DNA from: the human T2T-CHM13v2.0 reference genome, Homo sapiens
Assembly (NCBI RefSeq): GCF_009914755.1
Contig: NC_060947.1
Direction: 5' to 3' (one strand)
DNA: 64,000 bases
Translations under genes and position numbers: made by a program
Notes under the pieces: generated by a model
The model's input: only the letters and a program-made list of their open reading frames with translations
Told to the model about the DNA's origin: nothing
Databases searched by the model: none
Shown: positions 28,835 to 44,878 of the stretch, in pieces
Layout of the letters: each line of letters begins with the position of its first letter
How positions within the stretch are numbered: position 1 is the stretch's first letter

Positions 28835-29051
28835 TTAACCCCTTACCAGAGGTATGACTTGCAAATATTTTCTCCCAATCTGTAGGTTGCTTCTTCACTT
28901 TGTTGATTGGTTCCTCTTTCTGCAGAAGCTTTTCAGTTTGATTTAATTTTATTTGTCTCTTTTCGTTTTTGTTGCCTGAGTTTTTGAGGTCAAATCCAAA
29001 CACTCACTGACCAGACCAATGTCATATACTTTTTCTCCAGACAGAATTCTT

Positions 29052-29844
29052 TTTTTTTTTTTTAATACTTTAAGTTCTGGGTTACATGTGCAGAACATGC
29101 AGTTTTGTTACACAGGTATACACGTGCCCTGGTGGTTTGCTGCACCCATCAACCCGTCATCTACATTAGGTATTTCTCCTAATGTTGTCCCTCCCCTAGC
29201 CCCACACCCCACGACAGGCCCCAGTGTGTGATGTTCCCCTCCCTGTGTCCATGTGTTCTCATTGTTCAACTCCCACTTATTAGTGAGAACATGTGGTGTT
29301 TGGTTTTCTGATCTTGTGATAGTTTGCTGAGAATGATGGTTTCCAGCTTCATCCATGTCCCTGCAAAGGACATGAACTCATCCTTTATTATGGCTGCATA
29401 GTATTCCATGGTGTATATGTGCCACATTTTCTTTATCCAGTCTATCATTGATGGGTATTTGGGTTGGTTCTAAGTCTTTGCTATTGTGAATAGTGCCACA
29501 ATAAACATACGTGTACATGTGTCTTTATAGTAGAATGATTTATAATCCTTTGGGTATATGCCCAGTAACGGGATTGCTTGGTCAAATGGTATTTCCAGTT
29601 CAAAATCCTTGAGGAATTGCCACACTGTCTTCCACAGTGGTTGAACTAATTTACACTCCCACCAACAGTGTAAAAGCATTCCTATTTTTCCACAACCTCT
29701 CCAGCATCTGTTGTTTCCTGACTTTTTAATGATTGCCATTCTAATTGGTGTGAGATGGTATCTCATTGTGGTTTTGATTTGCATTTCTCTAATGACCAGT
29801 GATGATGAGCATTTTTTATACATCTGTTGGCTGCATAAATGTCT
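29052..29844 (-). mobile_element. L1PA (PA6/7-like), 5'-truncated, about 0.8 kb
   Basis: ORF2 C-terminus [26 protein letters not shown] with a premature stop, 3'UTR and poly(A); TSD TCTCCAGACAGAATTCTT at 29034-29051 and 29842-29859. Confidence 0.95.
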
Positions 29845-30960
29845 CCAGACAGAATTCTTAGCTTCAATCCAACACTATATCCTGCCCACAAAAGTAACTC
29901 ATGTATGTTCATAAGGAACTATACATGTTCATGTTGGGCCAAGCTGACTTGATCTCCAAACAGGCAGTCAGAATGGCTGTATGTCAACACACAAACTAAT
30001 TTGACTCTTTGTGACTGACTTCTGGTGACTGTCTGGATGGCTTGATATGACAAGCCAGTGAAAGCAATGAACTGAATTTGTGTGTACTGATGTAGCTGAA
30101 GGCAAGACTAGCCTATTATTAGAATACACAAATCTCACTTATGATGTAAATGGAACACAGATTTAAATTTACCCCACACAATAATGGCATGGAATGTAGT
30201 AACACTTTCTGAAAGAGTCTACACCATGCTGATAATCAATGCTTAATGAGGTCCTTTTCTCCGGACTCAAGACCTTTATGTTACTGTCATCCTGTTAAGC
30301 ATCTCATTTTTCCCCACTTGAATAGCTTTGTCCTCTTACAAAGGCCTGTCACTATGTGAAAGTGGCAGTATAATTAATTTTTCAGTAAAAGCCAAGTTGT
30401 TTGCTCTCAAACATCCTGCAGTTTAGGAAATGTCAAAGTGTCAGACCATGTAAGTGGAAATAAACTCTGCATTCCACTTCCAATCACTTCCTGCAGGGAA
30501 AGAATAGCTAGACATTCCATTGAGAAGGGAGAAATGCACAGAATCACTCCCAAAAAGTTATTCAATGTCTTTCTTATCCGATAAATATGTCATCTGTAAA
30601 TCTTAATCTATTTCGAGTTAAAACATAACACTCCAGTGCTGCTTGCAAGATCCTGTTACATCCTCAGAAGTTGGTGCATGTGTATGTGTGTATACAATAC
30701 ATAATCCCATACATTCCCTTTTTGGATTGTTTTAACAATAACATTATTTTTTCTATTTTTTTTTTTACTACACAATACATATATACTAAACAATGTCTGT
30801 CACATACTATGTGCTCAGTAAGTAATTATGCAATACTTTCTAGAGAAATTAGAAAACACAGATAAAAAAGAAGAAAATAACCACCCCCACCCCCCGACCA
30901 TAATCTCACCATCTAGAGAAGACCACGGTTTCCTATTACCTACGATTCTAGCCTTCTTTT

Positions 30961-31193
30961 TTTTTTTTTTTTTTTTTTGAGACAGAGTCTCACTCTGTTG
31001 CCCAGGCTGGAGTACAATGGCACAATCTCAACTCGCTACAAACTCCACTGCCTCGCTAATTTTTTTTGTATTTTTAGTAGAGACGGGGTTTCACCGTGTT
31101 AGCCAGGATGGTCTCGATCTCCTGACCTTGTGATCCACCTGCCTTGGCCTCCCAAAGTGCTGGGATTACAGGCGTGAGCCACTGCACCTGGCC
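30961..31193 (-). mobile_element. Alu (Y/Sc-like) with right-arm internal deletion
   Basis: TSD TCTAGCCTTCTTTT; roughly 70 bp of the right arm is missing near 31050. Confidence 0.9.
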
Positions 31194-31532
31194 TCTAGCC
31201 TTCTTTTGATGTATATAAATACATTTTTATAAAAATGGAATCACACTTTATGTACTGTTTTATCACTTAATAATAAGTTGTCAGCATTTTTCAATGTCAT
31301 TATGAATTATTTCATAATACTATTTTAAGAGCTGTACAGTATTCTATCATATAGGTGTCCCATAATGAAACTAATCTCTTAATGCTGGAGACTGTGGTTA
31401 TTTCTAGTTTTTCATTTTCTTGATAGCACAATAAAGATCCTTATAATCCATTCTTTATATATCATCTTGATTATTTCCTTAGGATAAATTCCTGGGTGTG
31501 CAAAAATATGCAAACAACCCAAATGTCCATCA

Positions 31533-32251
<719 letters not shown>

Positions 32252-32611
32252 CTAAAACATGGAGGCAGCTTGAAAACATTATGCTAAGTAAAAGAAGCTA
32301 GACACAAAAGGCCCCCATATTGTATGATTCCATTTAGATGAGATGTCTAGAATACAGAAATATATAGAGACCGCAAGTTGATAAATGGTTGCTCAGGGCT
32401 AGGGGTGAAGGAGATGGGGAGATATGAGGGTGATTAGCTAAAGTGTATAGTTTCTTTTTGAGGTGATAAAAATATCCCAAAACTGACTGTGGTGATAGCT
32501 ACAAAATTTTGTGACTATCCTAACAACACTGAATAGTATGTACATTTTAAAAGGGTGAATTTTATAGTATGTGAATTATATCTCAATAAAGTTGTCATTT
32601 TAAAAATTCTG

Positions 32612-32986
<375 letters not shown>

Positions 32987-33074
32987 TTATTTTTAAAGTA
33001 ACTAAAATTAATTTTTAAATTAATTTTAAAGATCTTCCTCTAAGTAGCGAATCTGTGTGAGAACTTTGAAGATT

Positions 33075-33200
33075 AGGTACTTTAGATTCTTCATCTGGAA
33101 AATGGGCCCCCACCTCACCAGGTTGTTATGAGAATTAAATGAGATTGTATAATTACAAGTGCCTGAAACATAGAAACTCCGTGTTAGATAAACAAATGCA
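33075..33200 (+). mobile_element. MIR remnant (approximate ends)
   Basis: TTCATCTGGAAAATGGG..GGTTGTTATGAGAATTAAATGAGAT..AGTGCCTG. Confidence 0.7.
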
Positions 33201-34094
33201 TGCAGAGTATTTCCTAGCCCAGTGTCTCTGTGCCCAAAGCCCTTCTTAAGAGCTGCATCAGATGTAGTCCTTGCCTCTGAGGGTCTTCTCATCTAAGACA
33301 TGTTACATTTTTTTCCAACTTCCTTCTGCTGTCTTTGAATAAAACACCATGAAAACCATTTTACTTCTGGAGCAGAGCTTTCAAAAAACCAAAACTATCG
33401 ACAAACCCTTCATTGTACATTCTACTTTCCTCTTGGTGACCTCTTCGTTTCAAATGCTGTAATGAGCTCAGTTTTGCTCCTTCACTACTCCTTTCTGGTA
33501 TGCTGCTCCCGTGGGCACCTCCTAAGTGGTTCAAGGAAAAGACCCATCATTGCTCAGCAGTCAGGGCAAGTTACAGCCACAAGTCAAATACCTTCCTGAG
33601 ACCTTTAACCTTGCTGAATGGGGTGGGAGAGTGATGAAAGCCATTCTGCATACCAGGAAGGTCTAATGTCACAGCTTACAACCTGTCCAAACAGGATGCT
33701 TGGACTTTTTTGTTTTTTGTTTTTTTTTAACTAAATAGTGATCAGGGTGGCTCTAAAACAGTATTCCTATGGTGACACCCTCAAGTCACTCCACACCAAA
33801 AGGGAAAGAAGGTCAAGCTGGAAGGGGGGTAGATATACTTCGGAAGTTCCTGTGAGGAACTTTACATACCTTGGAGAGGACTAAAGGAAGGTGAACAGGC
33901 AGTGTCCACACAACCGGCTAGTCAGGAAAACCTTTGCAATCAGGGTGCAGGTTAGGTTAAGTAAAAGCCACAATCATAAGACACTAATTAGAAGAAACCA
34001 GAGATTTATATGCATCTTGAATTACTTTATTAGATATCCAAATATCTCTGAGTCTCAGTCTTTCGGAGAGTCATCGCACCTTTTTAAGCTCTCA

Positions 34095-34392
<298 letters not shown>

Positions 34393-34925
34393 AAGCTCTC
34401 AGTAAGGTTATATTGTTGAAGTGTCTGTCATTTCTCAATGGTTTCTAAAGCCATTGCGCTGTGAGGTATTTGGGGAAAGAGATTCAATTTTCCCATTAGA
34501 TTTAGCCTATTTCATCCTTTGACAGCATCTTCACTCTATTTTTATTTTTTATTTTTTAATTTTTGTCTTTTATTTATTCTTTATTATCGTTAGAATTTAA
34601 CTTACATAATTATATTTATGATTTACTAATATTTAATTCTGTTTTTAATAAGGCCACATTCAAAGTGTTTCATTTAAAAAAATAATAATGGTAGAGTCAA
34701 CCAATAAAGTGATGATATGCAGGTTTCCAGCTCCTAGGTAGTAGCATTCTTACAGGGAAGATGTTTCACTGCACAAACGAACTAACCCTCAGGAAGCTTG
34801 AGGATCCTGTGAAGGACACACACCGTCTAATCATGTCAGACGATGTAAGTGTGCAATGATGAAATTTTTGATGGGGAGGGAAGTCCCTGCCTACTCACCC
34901 TCCCTTCTTTAGGATGTCTCCATAA

Positions 34926-35267
<342 letters not shown>

Positions 35268-35573
35268 TGATTAAAAGTCTTGACCTTTTGATTTTACAAT
35301 GCAAGTTCATGTGCCTCTGACCCTTGGAAATGCAAATACTTCTAGAATTTGCTCAGGGATCTCTCCTAAGGTATAAGTGAGACAGGCACAATGTGCATCC
35401 TCTTGTATCTCAAGAAAATGAGAAGTTTTAAATTGTTCTCTCTTCTACTTTTTTTGTATGAATGTGTGTGAAATTATTTCCAGATTTTGTAGTTGTTTTT
35501 GTACTACTTCACATGCATATAACTCTGATAATGCTTATCCAATATTAAAATCATGTTTTATCTCTATATATTA

Positions 35574-36057
<484 letters not shown>

Positions 36058-36279
36058 CTATTTGTTTACTTTCAAGTGCATTTTTAGCTAATTGGTCCAT
36101 CAACAAACATTTTCTGAGATCCTACTATGATCAAGCTGTATGCTAAGTGTTAAGGATACAAATAAGATACAGTTTGCTAGAAGTGTTCATAGTATAGTGA
36201 AGGAATCACCAGACCACTGAATCCCTATAGGTCTATTCCAGGAAAGTGAGTCCAGATTCTACTCAAATAGACTAATTTT

Positions 36280-36620
36280 TCACTCCAGCTACAACTGTGA
36301 ATGGGGACTGATGATGAGAATTTCACTACTTCCTTGGAGTAGCCTATTCTCTCTTTGGGCAGCTTACGTTGTTGGAAAGTTATTGCCTGGATTGAGAAAG
36401 AGATGTCTTCCTTTATCTCTCCTCTACTGATCCAAGTCTGCCTCCTCCCACCCTAAAGCCACCAAAATTAGTTTATTGTTACTTTGACTTGAGAGTCCTT
36501 CATGTTTTTGATAACAGCCACCAAGGTACCCTGAATCTCCACCCCCCGTCCCAAGTTAAAGAGATTCGGTTCCATCAACGTTTCCTCATAGAATGCGATT
36601 CTGAGTATCCCTGCCATTCC
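36280..36620 (-). mobile_element. L3/CR1 3' remnant (approximate ends)
   Basis: TCACTACTTCCTTGG..TTGGAAAGTT..CCTTCATGTTTTTGA..TTCCTCATA resembles the reverse complement of the CR1 3' region. Confidence 0.55.
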
Positions 36621-37203
36621 TTATTAAAGAAATCATAGGTAGCAGCAGATAGAGGAGTTATTTAGTGGGCTGGTAGCAGGGCCCTGATGACAATTTACAA
36701 ACCTATTTTGATGAAGAAAAAGGAATGCATTAGGCCCTCAGATAACAGGGTCCCAGTTTGTGGCCTTCATTATCAAGTATAAGCAGAATTAATAATTCAT
36801 ATCCTGCTAATGCACAGCGAATCACATAAGAGCTTCAGCTTTAGAAAAGTCTTTAAACAGCGCACACACACACATAGACACAGGCACACACACATCTCAA
36901 AAGCATGAATAAAAGCAATCTATATATCCACCCCAATCAATCATGATTACTGAAGGCCTTCTGATTACCGAAGAGAGTTCCCTCGCAGGCAAGAAAAATT
37001 TCTGTCCTTGCTAAGCTTCTCCACCCTTGGACTCAGCGGCCTCTCCCCAAACTTTTCACTCTATATAAAAACTTTCATTCCCAATTAATACATACTCAAA
37101 ATCCAACTGTCCCCATGAATTTAGGGTGTTGGCAAAGAATCACAGTGCTTCTCCAGTCCAACTTTTATTGGATAGAGGAAACAGCCCTAGAAAGAAAATG
37201 TCA

Positions 37204-37547
<344 letters not shown>

Positions 37548-37814
37548 CTAAAACTCAAGTTCCATCTCTTTTCTTTGTTCTCCATCAAAATGTCTCTAAG
37601 TTCTTTTTCAAAAGTTGGCAAAAGCATCAAGAGAAATATAATTCATTAGTAATGGTATCTTCGGAAAGTAGGTTCCTGGTAGTCAAATTTGTACTCAGTG
37701 AATTTGGGCCTCCCTTGCCCACCATCACCACTTTTTCCTCCTTTGAGCTCTCTTTACATGAATGCTTTCTGTATCTATCTAAGGCAACAAAGGATATTAA
37801 GTCCGTAAATTAAA

Positions 37815-38578
<764 letters not shown>

Positions 38579-40908
38579 TAATCAAGTTGAAATTTCTTGT
38601 TAAAAGGAATAAAAGATCCAACTTCAAGCAACCCCCTTGTATATAAGGATACCGTGCTATTCTGCCTATAGCAGCAGTCAGGGCAGCAAGGTGTTTTCTT
38701 TTCTATCAGATTTCAGCAGACTAATAAAACTCAAAGCCTGAAAAAGGGAGAGATGAGGTAGTCTCTCCAAACATGCTCACGTGGATGGTGCCAGGAAGCC
38801 CCTAGGCAAGTAAAATAACTTCTTTGGAAGCCTCAAATCACTTTAGCCTCAAATAAACCTTGACACCCAAGTAGGGGTATCAGGCAACCCACCAAGGCCA
38901 TATATATCTCCGGGTTGCTGTGGAAAAAGAAGGACAGAGTTTCCTAATCCAGACATTGAAACACTAAGTGGTACCCTCCCATTTGTAACCGATGAGTATT
39001 CACAAGGACAGGTGGGTAATGGAGGATGAACATTCCCTCCCAGCATTTTTAATTAACTGGTTGTTGGATTTATTGGTCAGCTCAGTGGGAAATCAGAACC
39101 TACTACTTGGGGGCTATTTTTATAGCCTTCTGGAGTTGGGTTGCCTTAGTACAGACATCTGGCACCATTCCTAGAAGTGGTTAGATTTGTATTTTTCCCT
39201 TTTAAACAGCAACCAGTGAGTAGATTTGAGCATTCTAGGCATCTGGCAGTAATCCGATATAATAAAGGTGCCTCTCTCCCTTCCCACTTTGGTAATATAG
39301 CATATGCACCACCAGTTTATCCCTTCACATCCAGCAGTAGGTCAGAGGCAAAGGGAGTGTGGTTAAAACACAAAATAAACTCTGTAAAATCTTGGAATCA
39401 AGGGGTTGTATCTATCATCAATACGTTTATAAGCTATAAAACCAGAGTAAGTCATCTCTGAATAAGCAATATTAGATCTTATCAACCCCAAATTCCTCAA
39501 ATCAGAGTTTCAGCTCATTCCCTCTGTCTTCCTTCAGATGAAGTACTGTTTAGGAAAAACGGGAGCCTTTTGCCATCAAAGATCTTTTTACAGCATACAG
39601 TAACAATTTCTGTGCAGATATTTGGGTGGCAAATTGTAAACCGATACCTATTTTGCAATAAAATTACCACAGCATTAAATTGACATAATAGAGACAGAAA
39701 TTCTATTCTGTTGAGTTTTGGTCATGCAGGCACTCACTTTAATGTGGGAGATGAATTAAACTCATCCTTGGGAAATCCAAGGGTAATGACCGAAACACAA
39801 TGTGATTGAGCTAATTATCAACCAGGTGTGCTTTAAGGAGTTGATGGTTCAATCTATTACTGCTAAGTGCATAAGCCTGTTTTGGGGAGGAGTTTATGAG
39901 AGCAGGTCACACACTGCAACTTCCCAAAGGGCAAAAGACAATGTTTCTGCAGATCTGGCATTATGTTGAGCCCACCTAAATCCTGCTTAGGCCAGCTCAA
40001 GAACCTGAAAAGATTTCCGGACTACCTAAGATCCTAGGAAGCTGGCCATCCCTGAAGTCCACAGCAGTTACTGTCTATAAGCAGTTGGCCTGTACTGCCT
40101 GGTACTGAGAGTCAACTTCCCATTTGTATATGTTTGGTCTCAACTTAGTAAACGGCTCAAAGGCACACACATGTTTTTTAAATATCTCCCATGATGCCTG
40201 ACCTTGTTAAGTATTTGCAGATTGAGATCTTCTGGATAAAAAGTAACTTTTAAAATACTTACACATTGCCGTATGGATATTTCTTACATTTGTTTGTCTC
40301 TGTAAATGAAGTACCGTATATGAAACATAAACCATTTAATGGCTCTGGTTCATTATAAGGAACATCAGTCTCATATGGTGTAGGACACAGAGCTGGGTGT
40401 ATATTTACATCATGATATCCCTGATCAACATTGGCACATACTACAGAACAGAGCCCTGCTTCTCTGAGGCCACATCTACCTTCCTCCGGACATCTCCTTT
40501 CATTTATTGCTACATCATTTGTTGTTACTCCCTCCACTCACACATCTACCTTGTTCCAGCACCACAGGATCCTGACATTCACAGCTATTACCAACCAATT
40601 CCAGTACATATTTCTTCTGGTGGTCAAAGCGTCTCTTCCTCAAACTGCGTATCATCAGTCTTCTTCAATGAATCCCATTCTACTAGACTGTAAGATCCCA
40701 GAGAACAGGGACTAAGTCTGAATCATTATTGTATGTAAACTCTGCCTCCCACACTCCACCACTACCCAACCCAGAAGTCTACAGCTCAAGGAATGCTCAA
40801 TAAACAGTTTAACTGAATTCCAGGATTCCAAGTTTCCCACCAGCTATTGGAAAATTCTGAATCTCTAGGTGGTTGTAAGTGATTTGACCAATGGTCTAAT
40901 GGTTTTTA

Positions 40909-41232
<324 letters not shown>

Positions 41233-42474
41233 TAATGGTTTTTAAATTCAACTTAAACTAAAGCGCAGAAGGAGAACACAACACAGGCCAACTGGCCTAT
41301 AGGAGCAGGCCCAAAGTATTCAAGTAGGCAACCCCCTAGCAGAGATCCCTTTGTTTTTTGGCACAGGGAAACTTCAATATTTGAATGTTAAATGTTGAAT
41401 TTGCATTTAGAAGATAACAATCAATCAAATATTTATTGATTGCCTGGCACATAGAGGGCCTTGTGCAAAAAGTCCATGAGAAAACAGATGGGTTTTCAAT
41501 AAAGAAGTACCATCAAGTGGTGGTAGCAAGAACATAGCAGCAACTCTACACACTTTTTCTTAAGAGTCAGAGCTCATCCAGACTGAATAGCTATGGTCCC
41601 TGAGGAAATACCAGGTACTTATTTCTTACTCCATGTGGAAGATCTGAGGATTAAACAACACAGCAATACAAGGGTTCATCTTCTTTAACTTTTTTTTTTT
41701 ATCAATTTACATTTTCCTAGTCAACTGAAAATCCATTTCTTTCTCAAATGTTCCTCCAACAAAATGATAAGGAGGAAGGGGAATCTGATTCCAGGATAAG
41801 AGATCTTACCTAGGACCATTTCAAAGATTTTCTAAGGTCTGCTTATTACTTCTCTCATGGTTATCCTTCTCCTCAGTTACAGCCCATGTTCTCTGGCTTC
41901 TTGGTGGTGGCAGAGCAACCACCACTGAGTGAAATGGCTTCCCACACAAGCTCCAATTGTGCTAGAGCTGACAAACTACTGATACCAAAGGGTTTACTGA
42001 GCACCACTCAGGGGGAACTTTTTCACAGAGTAGAATTTATTTTTAAAAGTGGATTATGTTTTATATTGTCCATCTCTCTCTTTGGAAGAACGTGTCCTTA
42101 AATTGCTCATAAAGAAAACCACATGGGTTTTCCAGGAATTTCTGTTTGAATCAAACTAACCACTTCTGTTTCTGAAGCAGATATAATAAAAATAATGTTG
42201 TATTTCTGGTTAATACGACAGCATGCCACTATAAAAATTCATCAAAAGAACCATTTCTATAATAGATGTATTTAATGGCATATGAAATGTTAACATTTGA
42301 TTCAGAAGTTAATTGTAAATCAAATAATACTATTTCTTTGCAAGAGGGTAGACCAAAAAAGCTTAAAAGACATTAACCTAGGTGAATTTTTATACCAAAT
42401 ATTTACTTAATATTAAACTTTTTCTTTAATTTGAAAACATTCTCAAACACAAGTACCTTTTTTCATGGAAGTGA

Positions 42475-42864
<390 letters not shown>

Positions 42865-43463
42865 ATCTCTGGATATTTTTGAGTTAAAGTTATACACCTG
42901 AAGAGGGGGGAAAAGGTAATTTCTTATTTCAGAAAAGAGGTTTGAGGTATGTGTTTTTAAGAATGCTACCATCTGCAGAATGTCAAAAACGTTTTTCCCC
43001 GTTGGAATTACAACTGATGGAGCAAAGTACTATCTCCCAATTTCTAGAGCTGGCTGTGTGACCTGAAGCAGGTCACTTAGACTCGCTGAGTCTCAGGGAC
43101 GTTAGAACTGTGCCTGACATAGAATACTGTCAAAACCTACTCTTGAACTTTACCCAGGGGTTGGGCCAGATGATATACAATGTCCTTTCCATTTCTAAAA
43201 ATCATGGATGAAGATGCCATCTAAATAAAAGAATCTGCTTTAAAATATTTTGAATTAACCAAATATTTGAGCCTTTGCTATTTTATTAGGTAACAGAAAG
43301 TACAGTGATACTTCAAATAAGCTTTTCTGAAAAAGAAATCAGTTTTATTTAAAGAAGGACACTTTAAGACAATTCACTGCTATTTTTCCTTCATATTTTT
43401 GTATGTTTTTAAAAAGTTTTAATAATTCAAATATATTACTTTTGTTCTCAGAAAAAATAATTA

Positions 43464-43934
<471 letters not shown>

Positions 43935-44088
43935 TTAATATTCTAGTATATTTCCTTATAGCATTTTCTATCTGTATACTATAGTCAGTTCTGAGATTAG
44001 TTATATTGCCTGATGTTTTGCTTCTTCCCATGTATTATTTTGTGAATATTTTCCACTGTCATTAAAAGTCTTTAAAAACACCATTTTA

Positions 44089-44290
<202 letters not shown>

Positions 44291-44428
44291 TCACCCATTT
44301 TAATGGCTTTATCATAGTGTCCTCTACATAACCATTCCCCTATGTTCAGACATTTAGACTGTTTTCCAATTGTTTGCTCTTACTGCATAAACAATGCTGC
44401 AGTTAACCCCCTTATAAATATGTTTTTA

Positions 44429-44878
<450 letters not shown>

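Noticed and set aside
29266-29823. ORFs with real protein similarity (L1 ORF2 C-terminus)
   Set aside because: Part of a 5'-truncated L1PA with an in-frame stop; not a functional CDS
37620-37790. Possible minus-strand terminal exon after TTGCCTTAG
   Set aside because: Weak acceptor, unrecognised peptide and no supporting donor
40259-40715. Three overlapping 92-98 aa ORFs
   Set aside because: Non-ATG starts, no family resemblance and partial overlap with L2-like sequence; consistent with chance
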